From contig JAPXRZ010000002.1 in assembly GCA_033813295.1 (NCBI GenBank), positions 75,803-139,802 of the forward strand: 64,000 nucleotides of DNA. The letters run 5' to 3'. The notes beneath the pieces were generated by a model. That model made no database searches and was not told where the DNA came from. It worked only from the letters and a program-made list of their open reading frames with translations. Below are positions 19,059 to 28,889 of this stretch, piece after piece; within the stretch, counting starts at the first letter, position 1, and each line of letters begins with the position of its first letter. The position numbers were made by a program, and so were the translations under genes. This DNA comes from Methanolinea sp. GTDB taxonomy: Archaea; Halobacteriota; Methanomicrobia; Methanomicrobiales; Methanospirillaceae.

Positions 19059-19964
19059 TTATCCCTCTTCCCTGAGCAGCTGCCCGATCCTCGCAGCGGC
19101 TTCTTCACCCTCCCTGTCCAGGGCCACCACGTCCACCTCGCCGGGGCCGGCAACACCAACCCCTATGGCTGCAGCCCGGGCGATCTGTTCGAGTCCGAAC
19201 ACCCTCCCCTCCGATACGCTGCCTGTGGCGCCATGGAGGCGGAGCAGGGACACGCCGGCCGCATCGAGGGCAACCCGATCGGACGATGCGAGCATAAGGC
19301 CGGGGCGGATGACTTCCCCCTGCTCGGGCCCGCCCCGGGAGAAGCCAAGGTTGGCATCCATGAGGGCCAGGTGGGTTGGGTACGCCCGGTTAATCTCGGC
19401 AATCATCAACCGCTGGTGCGGGGAGCGGTGGAGTTCGTGCATGAAGTCTTGGGAGAGGCCGGGGACCGTCCGGGCCACCAGCCCGACCGAGTTCTTGAGC
19501 GAGAGGGTAAAATGCCCTCCGAACCGGTGGGTCTTGAGGCAACAGGTCTGCACCATCCGTCCGGCGGCCAGGAGGGCACGGGGCAGGTAGAACCCATCAC
19601 GCCAGTGCGAGCCCCCGGCCGGGATGTGGACCCACCCACCTGCCGGGAGCTCGTCCAGAACCTCTGCCCGGGCCCCGGACCGGGCCAGGAGGCGGAAGAC
19701 CCCGCACCGCTCCAGTACTTCCCTCGTCTCCCCCATGCCGCTCCTCTCCAGGAGGGTGACCTGGCCGGCCCCCGCGTGCCGCAGCACCTCCAGCAGGGCC
19801 TGGAGAGTCCCCGTGTGGGTGGAAGCAGGGAACGGATCGGCGCTGTTGTAATTTGCCTTCAGCACCACCGTCTCCCGCGAATACCCTTCCAGTCCCACGG
19901 CCTCCACGAGACGGCGGACTCTGTCCGCCCGGTCCCCGGCCCCGGTCACGTAGACACGCGCCAT
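19059..19964 (-). CDS. DUF362-domain protein
   Basis: Motifs VVLKANYNSADPFPASTH and CLKTHRFGGHFTLSLKNSVG, typical of DUF362. Confidence 0.8.
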   Translation of the reverse strand: MARVYVTGAGDRADRVRRLVEAVGLEGYSRETVVLKANYNSADPFPASTHTGTLQALLEVLRHAGAGQVTLLERSGMGETREVLERCGVFRLLARSGARAEVLDELPAGGWVHIPAGGSHWRDGFYLPRALLAAGRMVQTCCLKTHRFGGHFTLSLKNSVGLVARTVPGLSQDFMHELHRSPHQRLMIAEINRAYPTHLALMDANLGFSRGGPEQGEVIRPGLMLASSDRVALDAAGVSLLRLHGATGSVSEGRVFGLEQIARAAAIGVGVAGPGEVDVVALDREGEEAAARIGQLLREEG

Positions 19965-20131
19965 ACCGCTCTGATTACCGGGTGAAGCAAGAAACCATAA
20001 TCATTTCGGTACCGCAGCCGCTCCTGCCGGGGGGGCCCGGGCGAGCCCTGTTCTTCGCCCTGCCATGCAATTGGGCATCTTTAAATATAACAGACTAGTT
20101 TCTATTAAAACTAAATATACAGGTGATTTTT

Positions 20132-21649
20132 ATGCGGCGCTTCCATTATCCAGTCCTGGCCGTCATGCTGCTCCTGCTGGCTGCAAGCACCCAGGCCATG
20201 CTCCCAACCAGGGGTGGCGATGTCGGATACTACAGGATAGACTCCTCCCCCCAGGGGGCTGACGTCTGGTTCGATAACGACTACCGGGGCACAACCCCGG
20301 TCCTGGCCTCCGTGTATAGTTCCGGGACGCCTTCCCACACCCTCCGCGTCGAGAAGACAGGATATCTCGCTATCACCCAGAACCTCCAGGGCAACCCGCA
20401 GCCTGGCGAGACCCTTCCCATCTCTGTTACCCTGAGCCCTATGCCCGGCGGGGACACGGGGTACTTCCAGATCGATTCTGTACCGTCGAACGGCGATGTG
20501 TATTTTGATGACCGGTTCGTGGGCGAGACCCCCGTCACCGTCCAGGTGCCGGCCACCGGAACTCCGCAGCACACTGTCCGCGTCGCCTACCCCGGGTACA
20601 TCGACTGGCTCCAGCAGTACAACCAGAACCCGCTTCCTGGCGGAACCATCAACGTTATGGCCTACCTCCAGCCAATCCAGAACACCGGGTCGGTGTACGT
20701 GACCTCGGACCCGCCCGGGGCCACGGCGACCCTTGATGGCGGGGACAGCTTCTCCACCCCGGCCTCCTTCCCGGTGGTACCGGTAGGCACTCACACTCTT
20801 ACCGTTTTCAGGAGCGGTTACCAGCCGTATTACGTCTCCCTGAACGTCTATGCAAGGCAGACCACCACCATCAACGCCATCCTGGCGCCGGTAATGACGA
20901 CCGGAAGCCTCCAGGTCTATTCCAGCCCCGTCGGCGCCTCGGTCTTTGTTGATGGCATCTATTATGGCTCCACCCCGGCGACTGTCGGCAACCTGGCCCC
21001 CGGTTCGCACCCGGTGAAGCTCCGGCTGGCCGGCTACTCAGAATACAGCTCAACGGTGACCATCTCCCCGGGTGCCACGACCTCCATGAGCCCCACCCTG
21101 ATCCCCAACCCGGCCAGTGGCTTCATCTCGGTCACCTCCTACCCCTCGGGGGCCAGCATCTACCTGGATGATGTCTTCCAGGGGAAGACCACCAAGGGTC
21201 AGTCTTTCAATATCCTCGACGTGCAGCCTGGATCACACGTGATCCACCTCAGTATCGAGGGTTACCAGGACTACACGGCCACCATCGCCATCGTTGCCGG
21301 GCAGACCACCCCTGTCGCCGTGACCTTCACCCCTGCGCCCGCTGAGAAGACAGGAAACATCGAGATCATCTCGTCGCCTTCCGGGGCCGAGGTCTACGTG
21401 GATAACGTCTTTTCGGGTTACACCCCCATGAACGTCCAGAGCGTGACTGCAGGGACCCATGCGCTCCTCCTGAGGCTGGGCGGGTACCAGGACTGGCAGA
21501 CCACGCTCCAGGTGACCGCTGGCAGCACCAGCCCCGTCACCGCGACCATCACCCCGACACCTGCACCCACGAAGAGCGGGGTCTTACCCCTGGTTCTCGC
21601 CGGTGCCCTGAGCGCAGCCACCCTCCTGGCTCTCCGCCGGAAGGGGTAA
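20132..21649 (+). CDS. PEGA-repeat cell-surface protein with signal peptide and C-terminal membrane anchor
   Basis: Six to seven repeats of SxPxGAxVxxDxxxxGxTP (e.g. IDSSPQGADVWFDNDYRGTTPV). The C-terminus LPLVLAGALSAATLLALRRKG is a hydrophobic anchor with a basic tail. Track start is GTG 20123; ATG 20132 preferred. Confidence 0.85.
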   Translation: MRRFHYPVLAVMLLLLAASTQAMLPTRGGDVGYYRIDSSPQGADVWFDNDYRGTTPVLASVYSSGTPSHTLRVEKTGYLAITQNLQGNPQPGETLPISVTLSPMPGGDTGYFQIDSVPSNGDVYFDDRFVGETPVTVQVPATGTPQHTVRVAYPGYIDWLQQYNQNPLPGGTINVMAYLQPIQNTGSVYVTSDPPGATATLDGGDSFSTPASFPVVPVGTHTLTVFRSGYQPYYVSLNVYARQTTTINAILAPVMTTGSLQVYSSPVGASVFVDGIYYGSTPATVGNLAPGSHPVKLRLAGYSEYSSTVTISPGATTSMSPTLIPNPASGFISVTSYPSGASIYLDDVFQGKTTKGQSFNILDVQPGSHVIHLSIEGYQDYTATIAIVAGQTTPVAVTFTPAPAEKTGNIEIISSPSGAEVYVDNVFSGYTPMNVQSVTAGTHALLLRLGGYQDWQTTLQVTAGSTSPVTATITPTPAPTKSGVLPLVLAGALSAATLLALRRKG

Positions 21650-21733
21650 AACATCCCTCCGGCATTTTTCCCCTCCCCCGCACCCGGGCCCCATCCCGGA
21701 GTGCATATATTTTCATGCAGTGATGCTTGCTGC

Positions 21734-23161
21734 ATGCACATGCATATCGGCGGAAAAGATATGCTCCCGGAAGCGGACCGGTGGCTCGCGGTGCTGAACC
21801 CGGCGACAGGCGGGGAGATCGACCGTGTCCCGGACGGGACCCCCGGCGAGGTGAACCAGGCCGTTGCGGCTGCAGAGGAGGCATTCGGGCCGTGGTCCTC
21901 CCGTACAGCCCGGGAACGGGGCATGGTCCTCTACCGGGCGGCCGGCCTGGTGCGGGAACGGCTCCAGGAGCTGGCCCGGGGCCTCACGATGGAGCAGGGA
22001 AAGCCTCTCCGGGATGCGACGGACGAGGTTCGGGGCTTCGCCAACATCCTTGAGTTCTATGCCGGAGCCTCAGCCGGGATGCAGGGGGAGTTCATCTCCC
22101 TGGGCGGGGCCGGAGACGCCGTGGTGGTGCACGAGCCCATCGGGGTATGCGGGGCAATCATTCCCTGGAACATGCCGGCCATCATCATGGGCTGGAAGGT
22201 CGCCCCGGCCCTCCTCTGCGGCAACACCATGGTATACAAGCCCGCCTCGCAGGCCCCGCTCACCAGCCTCCGGCTGACCGCCATCCTGGAAGAGGCGGGC
22301 CTGCCGCCCGGTGCCCTGAACGTGGTCACCGGGAGGGGCGAGGTGGTCGGGGAAGCGATAGTCCGGCACCCCGGCATACAAAAGATCTCTTTTACCGGGG
22401 ACGTTGAAACCGGCCAGCGGGTGCAGGCCCTGGCGGCAGGGTCCCGGAAGGAGATAACCCTGGAGCTCGGGGGATCGGACCCGATGATTGTCTGGAAGGA
22501 CGCAAACCTTGAGAAGGCAGTTGCCGGCGCCATCCGGGGCCGTTTCTATAACGCTGGGCAGACCTGCACCGCGGTGAAGCGGCTCTACGTGCACCAGGCC
22601 ATCGGAAAGGAGTTTATCGCCCGGTTGAAAGCGCAGGTCCAGGGCATGGCGGTAGGCGACGGGCTCCTCCCGGGGGTGGAAATGGGACCGCTTTCCGGCG
22701 CACCCCAGCTGGACCGCATCACCCGGATAATGGCGGAGGTGAAGGCCCACGGAGAGGGGGGCATCTTCACCGGGGGGTCCCCCGTCCCTGGTCCCGGGTA
22801 CGGGCCGGGTTTCTTCTTCCCCCCGACCCTCGTCACCGACCCGCTCCCCGAATCGGTGCTCCTGCGCGAAGAGGTCTTTGGGCCGGTCCTCCCGGTCATG
22901 TGCATCCCCGACCTCGAAACGGCAATCAGCCATGCCAACGAGACGCGGTATGGACTCGGGGCATCGGTATGGACCCGGGACCTCCTGGTTGCCAGGGAGG
23001 TCTTCTCCCGGGTCCGTGCCGGTATTGTCTGGGTGAACCGGCACCTGACCGTACCCCCGGAGATCCCCTTCGGCGGGTTGAAGTCCTCAGGCAACGGGAG
23101 AGAGAACGGGCTCCAGGCCCTGCAGGCCTATACCCGAACCCGGACCCTTTTCCTGGGTTGA
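21734..23161 (+). CDS. NAD(P)-dependent aldehyde dehydrogenase
   Basis: Motifs FTGDVETG, ELGGSDP, GQTCTAV (catalytic Cys) and EEVFGPV. Start chosen at ATG 21734 (MHMHIGGKD), about 25 nt after a TATA-like gcatatatttt. Confidence 0.9.
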   Translation: MHMHIGGKDMLPEADRWLAVLNPATGGEIDRVPDGTPGEVNQAVAAAEEAFGPWSSRTARERGMVLYRAAGLVRERLQELARGLTMEQGKPLRDATDEVRGFANILEFYAGASAGMQGEFISLGGAGDAVVVHEPIGVCGAIIPWNMPAIIMGWKVAPALLCGNTMVYKPASQAPLTSLRLTAILEEAGLPPGALNVVTGRGEVVGEAIVRHPGIQKISFTGDVETGQRVQALAAGSRKEITLELGGSDPMIVWKDANLEKAVAGAIRGRFYNAGQTCTAVKRLYVHQAIGKEFIARLKAQVQGMAVGDGLLPGVEMGPLSGAPQLDRITRIMAEVKAHGEGGIFTGGSPVPGPGYGPGFFFPPTLVTDPLPESVLLREEVFGPVLPVMCIPDLETAISHANETRYGLGASVWTRDLLVAREVFSRVRAGIVWVNRHLTVPPEIPFGGLKSSGNGRENGLQALQAYTRTRTLFLG

Positions 23162-23263
23162 TGAGACAGAGGGCCGTATCTTCCTCCATTTCGCGATGTG
23201 CACGGCTGGACCAAATATTCTTATACTTTCCCTGCCGTATGCTCTCCTTCGAGGTTTTCATTC

Positions 23264-23653
23264 ATGCCAGGTGTAGAGATGCTCAAGACCACGACCGATG
23301 AACTCGACCGGCTCCTCTCGCCGGAACACGTCATGGGAAATGCTGTCGACCTGGGGGACAAGGTGGTGATCCCCGTGGCCGAGTTCGGGTTCGGGTTCGG
23401 TGCCGGGAGCGGCTCGGGAAAAGACGGCGCGGGTGGCAGCGGGAGCGGCGGAGGCGGGGGGATCTCTCCCGTTGCACTGGTAATCGTGCACAAGGATGTC
23501 CGCGGGGCCGAGGGAATCCAGGTACTCTCGCTCCGCAAGGACAACCCGGTTGCACAGGTCATCTCTGCCCTCTCCGAGTCCCTGGCCCCCCAGGTGATAG
23601 AGGCAATCAGGTCCATGCGGGCACGGAAAACGACGGACGAGGGAAGCTTGTAA
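23264..23653 (+). CDS. GerW/YtfJ-family protein
   Basis: Family pattern GDKVVIPVAEFGFGFGAGSGSGKDGAGGSGSGGGGGISPVALVIV: beta strand, Gly-rich loop, beta strand. Confidence 0.8.
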   Translation: MPGVEMLKTTTDELDRLLSPEHVMGNAVDLGDKVVIPVAEFGFGFGAGSGSGKDGAGGSGSGGGGGISPVALVIVHKDVRGAEGIQVLSLRKDNPVAQVISALSESLAPQVIEAIRSMRARKTTDEGSL

Positions 23654-23692
23654 ATCAGCCTTCCCGCTTTTTTATACCTTCTCCGGAACCCT

Positions 23693-24319
23693 ATGGACCA
23701 CGCAGCCTTTTTGATCCCGCTGCTCGTCCTGGCAACGACCCTCTTCTTCATCGCCGCTATCCGTGTCCCGGCCAGGGTGCAACTCCATGGGAGCCTCCTT
23801 TCGGCCCGGTTCCAGGCCGCGGCCTCGTTCTCCTGGGGACCCGCCGCAGCACGGGTCGCCTGGAACGGCGGGCCCCCTCTGCTGTCGCTCTGCCTGGGCA
23901 GGCACACGCTGTATTCGCGGCCCCTCAAGCCGCGACCTGTGCGTGCGGCCGCTGCCGGGCGGCAACCGCCGGGGCTGCCCGGACCCCTGCAGCTTCGTGG
24001 CCTGCTCCCGTTCGGTGGCAGGTTCCTGAAAGTTCTCCGGGAAGAAACAACGCTCGAGCGGGTTTTCATCTCCGCCCGGGTGGGCCTCTCCGGGCCTGCC
24101 GGGACCGGGCGGCTCTTCGGGGCATATGCCGCCATCCGGCCGCTCTTCTGCTGCGACCCGCGCGTGTCCCTCCAGGTTCAGCCTGACTTTTCCCGGCCGG
24201 TCCTGGAAGGGTCAAGCGAGGTCTCCATCCGCGTGGACTGCCCGCTTGCCTTCGGCATCCGCATGGCACGGATAATCCTGGCAGCCCGGGCTGCCGCTCC
24301 ATGGGAGAGCCCCGCATGA
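23693..24319 (+). CDS. DUF2953/YtfI-like membrane-anchored protein
   Basis: N-terminal TM segment (FLIPLLVLATTLFFIAAI), then a repetitive beta-rich body. Family assignment is from memory of the ytfI-ytfJ pair. Confidence 0.6.
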   Translation: MDHAAFLIPLLVLATTLFFIAAIRVPARVQLHGSLLSARFQAAASFSWGPAAARVAWNGGPPLLSLCLGRHTLYSRPLKPRPVRAAAAGRQPPGLPGPLQLRGLLPFGGRFLKVLREETTLERVFISARVGLSGPAGTGRLFGAYAAIRPLFCCDPRVSLQVQPDFSRPVLEGSSEVSIRVDCPLAFGIRMARIILAARAAAPWESPA

Positions 24320-24570
24320 GAAGCGGCCGGCATGGATACTGCTGGGGGTCTCCGATGGTCATCGGGGACCGCACCGTTATTCCTCTTGTGCATATCACGT
24401 GCCTGGCCGGGGACGCGGGGGCTGCAGCCGCCGCCACGCCGGTCGCTCTCTTTTTTATCCAGGCCGGCCAGGCATGGTGGGCGCCACTGCAGGAAGGGTT
24501 CAGCGGGGCAGACCTGCCCCTGCTCGTGGAAGAGGCGGGGTGGGGCCGGGGCCTGGCCATGATGGAGTAA
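24316..24570 (+). CDS. short GerW-like paralogue
   Basis: Motifs GSPMVIGDRTVIPLV and PVALFFI mirror the two conserved strands of GerW, with an Ala-rich instead of Gly-rich loop. ATG 24316 overlaps the upstream TGA (ATGA). Confidence 0.55.
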   Translation: MRSGRHGYCWGSPMVIGDRTVIPLVHITCLAGDAGAAAAATPVALFFIQAGQAWWAPLQEGFSGADLPLLVEEAGWGRGLAMME

Positions 24571-24612
24571 GACGTATAGTCTCAGGTGGCGAAAAGGGCC
24601 ATCTGAGTATTT

Positions 24613-24894
24613 ATGCCATTCATGTTGCTCCCGGATCCCATCCTGGCAACAAACCTCATCCTCTGCGTGGTCATCCTGGGCCTCGGTCTCTGGGAGTACC
24701 GGAGGAGCGGGCTGTCCCTGGCCCTCTATGTCGGGGTTGCCTTCGGCCTCTTCGGCATCTCGCACGCGATAGCCCTTGCGGGCCTGACCGCAGCCCTCCA
24801 GTACCCGGTAATCATTATCCGGTTCCTGGCGTACCTGCTGGTCATCGACGCGCTGTGGATGCAGATGCGGTCCAGGAGAGCCCTCAAAACCTAA
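24613..24894 (+). CDS. small three-helix membrane protein, unknown function
   Basis: 93 aa with three hydrophobic segments and coding-like GC3 bias. Confidence 0.6.
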   Translation: MPFMLLPDPILATNLILCVVILGLGLWEYRRSGLSLALYVGVAFGLFGISHAIALAGLTAALQYPVIIIRFLAYLLVIDALWMQMRSRRALKT

Positions 24895-24899
24895 AAAAA

Positions 24900-26078
24900 T
24901 TATTCGTGCCGGAGTGCCTCGATGGGGTTTAAGTTCGAGGCCTTCCAGGCCGGGTAGAGCCCCGAAAGCAGGCTGGTGGCGATGCCAAAGGTCATACCAT
25001 AGATGATGTAGACCATGCTCGAGGGCACAAAGAGGTATTTGGTGGTATTCAGCATCACCACGCTCACCGCGTACCCGCCGAAGAAGGCCAGGACGCCCCC
25101 GATGAGGCTCCCTATCAGGCCCAGGATGAGAGCTTCGTAGAGGAACATCCGGCGGACTTCTTTTTTCTGGGTCCCGATACTCCGGATCACCCCGATCTCC
25201 TTGATCCGCTCGGTAACTGACATCATCATGATGTTGAGGATGCTTACTCCTGCCACGATCAGGGATATCCCCCCGATTGCTGTCACAAAGGTGGAGATCT
25301 GCCCGAACGTATTCAGGATGGTATTGAGGATGGCCTTGGTGTCGATAACGTCCACGATGGTCTCGCGGCGGTTGAGCTGCTTGTCGATGGTGTCCTTCAC
25401 CTGGCTGATCATGTTGATGTTCTTAACCTTGACGATGACCAGGTTGTAGTCCTTCTGGTCGTACGCCTCCGAGAACCACCGGTCATCGACTACGATGCCA
25501 TAGTCGGGATTGATGTCAAAACCCATCCCCCGCTCCTTGAGGATGCCCACCACCCGGAGGTTTCCCTTATCCCCCACGGTGATACGGGTCCCGGGGTTTA
25601 TGTTATTCTCGGCGGCGAACCGGGCGCCGACCATGCACCCCGAAGAACCGCGCAGGAAGGAGCCCCTGTCGACCTGGAGGAGCACGGGGATGTCGTCCTG
25701 TTTCAAACCATAGATTATCCCCCCGGTATCCTTCGAGCCCACCTTCATGCGGGAGCTCCCCGTGTAGACCGGGATGGTGATGTCCGGGGCTACGGCCCTG
25801 CGTATCTGCTCGACGTCGCGATCGGTGATGAGCTGGGCGGTTGAGCCCCCGCCGCCGGCTCCCCCGAAACCTCCTCCGCCTGTGTGGGGCGAAACGATGA
25901 TGCTGTCCCCCACGCTTGAGAGGCTTTCCGAGATGGCCAGGACCAGGCTGTTGCCAAGGATGCCCATGGTGGCAATAGTCACTACCCCGATGATGATGCC
26001 GATCATTGCCAGCATCGAGCGGAACCAGTGCAGCCGCACGTTTCGCTTGGAGAACTCGAAAAATATCCCGTTCTGCAT
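24900..26078 (-). CDS. ABC transporter permease (FtsX/MacB type)
   Basis: N-terminal TM, a large extracytoplasmic domain, then three C-terminal TMs with the FtsX signature region ERIKEIGVIRSIG. Confidence 0.9.
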   Translation of the reverse strand: MQNGIFFEFSKRNVRLHWFRSMLAMIGIIIGVVTIATMGILGNSLVLAISESLSSVGDSIIVSPHTGGGGFGGAGGGGSTAQLITDRDVEQIRRAVAPDITIPVYTGSSRMKVGSKDTGGIIYGLKQDDIPVLLQVDRGSFLRGSSGCMVGARFAAENNINPGTRITVGDKGNLRVVGILKERGMGFDINPDYGIVVDDRWFSEAYDQKDYNLVIVKVKNINMISQVKDTIDKQLNRRETIVDVIDTKAILNTILNTFGQISTFVTAIGGISLIVAGVSILNIMMMSVTERIKEIGVIRSIGTQKKEVRRMFLYEALILGLIGSLIGGVLAFFGGYAVSVVMLNTTKYLFVPSSMVYIIYGMTFGIATSLLSGLYPAWKASNLNPIEALRHE

Positions 26079-26079
26079 A

Positions 26080-26799
26080 TCAGGCCTCCGGCGGCGGGTC
26101 GCCTTCAGCCGGCGAGATCCTCCCGTCTACGATGCGGATGACCCGGTGGGCATACCGGGCAATGTTGGGGTCGTGGGTCACCATGATGATGGTCTTGCCC
26201 TGGTCGTGGTTGAGCTTCACCAGGAGCTCCATGATGGCCGTGCCGGTACGGGTATCAAGGTTGCCGGTGGGCTCATCGGCGAGCAGGACCTCGGGGTCGT
26301 TTACCAGGGCCCGTGCGATGGCAACCCGCTGCTGCTGCCCGCCTGAGAGCTCGCTCGGCTTGTGGGAGAAGAGCGGTTCCTCGAGGGCCATGGCCGCCAG
26401 CACTCTGCGGGCCTGCTCGAGGTGTTCCTGGCTGCCGGTCTTGAGGATGAGGGGGAACTGCACGTTCTCGAGGGCGGTCAGGAGGGGCAGCAGGTTGAAC
26501 TGCTGGAATATGAAGCCGATATGGTCCCGCCGGAGGCGGGTGAGCTCCTCGTCGCTCATGCCCCCAACGTCCCGCCCCTTGATGAAGAGGCTGCCTGCCG
26601 TGGGGGTGTCCAGGAACCCCATGAGGTTGAGGAGGGTGGACTTGCCGGATCCCGAGGGGCCCATGATGGCTATGAACTCCCCGGGGTGGATCTCCAGGGT
26701 GATACCGTCCAGGGCCACCACGTCACCGGCCGGGAGGGGATAGACCTTGGTCACCTCCCGGAATTCGATGATGTACTCCTCGTTTGCCGATCCGCTCAT
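26080..26799 (-). CDS. ABC transporter ATP-binding protein (MacB/LolD type)
   Basis: Walker A GPSGSGKST, signature LSGGQQQRVAIARAL and Walker B LLADEPTGNLD. Confidence 0.95.
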   Translation of the reverse strand: MSGSANEEYIIEFREVTKVYPLPAGDVVALDGITLEIHPGEFIAIMGPSGSGKSTLLNLMGFLDTPTAGSLFIKGRDVGGMSDEELTRLRRDHIGFIFQQFNLLPLLTALENVQFPLILKTGSQEHLEQARRVLAAMALEEPLFSHKPSELSGGQQQRVAIARALVNDPEVLLADEPTGNLDTRTGTAIMELLVKLNHDQGKTIIMVTHDPNIARYAHRVIRIVDGRISPAEGDPPPEA

Positions 26800-27942
26800 T
26801 TAGCGTTTTCTCCAGGAGTACCAGATCACTGCCCCGGTTACCGCTGCCAGGACAACGACCAGGGCAAGGACAGGGAGGCTGGAACCTGCCTCCTGGCGCG
26901 CCGCAGATCCCGACGCGGGTATTCCAATCAGGGTCTGCCGGGTATAGAGGTTTCCATCATTATCCTTGTAGGTTGCCAGCACGGGGACCGAAGTGGCGTT
27001 CTCTGCCGTGAAGGTGATCTCGAAGCTGGAGAAGTCATCCGGCTTCAGCGAGCCGACCACGTAGCTCTGGTACGGGTCGGTGGGTACTGTCCCTGGACCG
27101 CTCGTGATGACCACGGCATTGGCAACCTCCAGGCCGGCATTGGTCACGTCGCCGGTGATGGTATAGGTCCCTGCCTCAAGATTGACCTGGATATTGGAGA
27201 GAATGGGGTCGGCCTGCAACTTGCTCTCCCCAATCACGACAGGGATGCGGACCACCTCGCTATGGGCGTTCAACCCGTTCTTGTAGTCCACGTGGATCTC
27301 CAGGGTGGTTGACCGGCGGGGGGTCACCGAGAAGGAGACCTTCTGGGATCCGTCCACCGGGAGCATCCCGATGAAGTAGCTGGTCGGCGTCGCATCGATT
27401 CCCTCTCCAGCCGCGTAGACAACCACCCCGTTCACAGCATTGTCCCGCGGGTTCCCCACCAGGATATCCACGGTATCCTTTTTTCCGGCCGAGAATGTTT
27501 CCGGCTTGTCCAGGACGGATACCTCGAGGCGCTGGTCCTGCACCTGGAGCTTTACCGGGTACCGGAGGTAGCCGGCGTCCCGGAAGTCCAGCGAGAATGC
27601 AGGATAGTAGATCCCCTCAGGGACGTCGGCCATGACGGTAAAGGTAAAACGCATGCTGTTCCCGGCCCCCAGGTACATGGACGTATCATAGGCCTGGGAA
27701 AGCACGCGGATATCCGGGTCGACCAGGGTGGCCCGGCGAACGGCCACGCTCTGCGACCCGTTGTTCATCACCTCCACGGTGATGGTCCCGGTGTCGCCGG
27801 CTATGAAGACCTCCGGGTCCAGGGTCACCGCTGTAACGGTCACCTGCGCTGCAGCAGACTGGGCCTGGTCCGCACCCGATGCCGGGAGGACCAGGCAGAG
27901 GATGGCCAGGAGGAAGGAAAGCGCGAGGAGGCCCAGCCGCAT
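26800..27942 (-). CDS. membrane-anchored beta-sandwich repeat protein (COG1361 / CARDB-like)
   Basis: Signal peptide, repeated Ig-like segments, and a C-terminal TM plus basic tail (LPVLALVVVLAAVTGAVIWYSWRKR). Abuts the ABC ATPase gene with zero gap. Confidence 0.75.
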   Translation of the reverse strand: MRLGLLALSFLLAILCLVLPASGADQAQSAAAQVTVTAVTLDPEVFIAGDTGTITVEVMNNGSQSVAVRRATLVDPDIRVLSQAYDTSMYLGAGNSMRFTFTVMADVPEGIYYPAFSLDFRDAGYLRYPVKLQVQDQRLEVSVLDKPETFSAGKKDTVDILVGNPRDNAVNGVVVYAAGEGIDATPTSYFIGMLPVDGSQKVSFSVTPRRSTTLEIHVDYKNGLNAHSEVVRIPVVIGESKLQADPILSNIQVNLEAGTYTITGDVTNAGLEVANAVVITSGPGTVPTDPYQSYVVGSLKPDDFSSFEITFTAENATSVPVLATYKDNDGNLYTRQTLIGIPASGSAARQEAGSSLPVLALVVVLAAVTGAVIWYSWRKR

Positions 27943-28632
27943 CTAGGTCCCTCCGGGTACGGGAACCCCGAAGACGAGGGTAAACACGGTGTAAGCGATC
28001 GAGATGACTACCGGGATAAGCACGGTGATGGCCGCGTTCCGCAGGGTAAGCTCCCTGGCCTGCCTGACCCCGAAGATCCAGATATTGGCGGCCCAGATCA
28101 GGAAGATGATGGTTATGATCCCGGAGATCTGGGTGAACTCCCGCATGGCCGGGTCGTGCATCAGGCCCAGTATGGCCTGCTGTATGGCCGAAGGGTCCTG
28201 CAGGTTCCTGACCGAAGGGACCACGACGCGGGGCATGTAATACAGGGTCAGCGCCAGGGTGAAAACCGACCCGATGACCAGGGGCAGGAGCCCGTAACCC
28301 ACGTTAACGAGCGTTCGCTGAAAAGCTCCCTTTCCGTCGAAGACCATGGAGATGAGGAAGAACACTCCTGCCATGACCAGCCACCAGATGATGATGAAGC
28401 CTACAAAGGCGGACACCGCGCTGATTGCGCCAAGGAACGTCCCCATACCGCCAATGGCAGCCCCCGCGAACATCTGCGCGTAGAGGTCAGACATCATGAA
28501 GGCCGCAGCCGCGGATATGGCCGCTCCGCACAGGACGATGATGGCAGGGATCCTGAAGTCCGGGGCCTCAGCTGCCCGGGCAGCAAAGAACCGCTCCGGC
28601 CGTATCAGCAGATCGGAGAGACTTGGAAACAT
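27943..28632 (-). CDS. Yip1-family multi-pass membrane protein
   Basis: Five hydrophobic helices after a short cytosolic N-terminus. First gene of the four-gene operon. Confidence 0.75.
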   Translation of the reverse strand: MFPSLSDLLIRPERFFAARAAEAPDFRIPAIIVLCGAAISAAAAFMMSDLYAQMFAGAAIGGMGTFLGAISAVSAFVGFIIIWWLVMAGVFFLISMVFDGKGAFQRTLVNVGYGLLPLVIGSVFTLALTLYYMPRVVVPSVRNLQDPSAIQQAILGLMHDPAMREFTQISGIITIIFLIWAANIWIFGVRQARELTLRNAAITVLIPVVISIAYTVFTLVFGVPVPGGT

Positions 28633-28889
28633 GCTGAATGGGTTATGAGTTCCCCGGCAATCAACATTGTTCCCGCCTAAAAATGATATGGTTCTTTTCC
28701 CGTTGCAGGTTGCAGGATGAGACTCCCGGAGGCATATCCGGAGGAAATGACGAAATTTCCTCCCCGGTGCAGAAATGGAACGATAAGATTTCCGGAGGTA
28801 GAGATCCTCGAAAGAAATGTCAGATTTTCGATCTCTTGCGAGGATTCCATAGTCCTCGCATAAAAGAGGTTTCCCGGGGTGTCCCTTTT

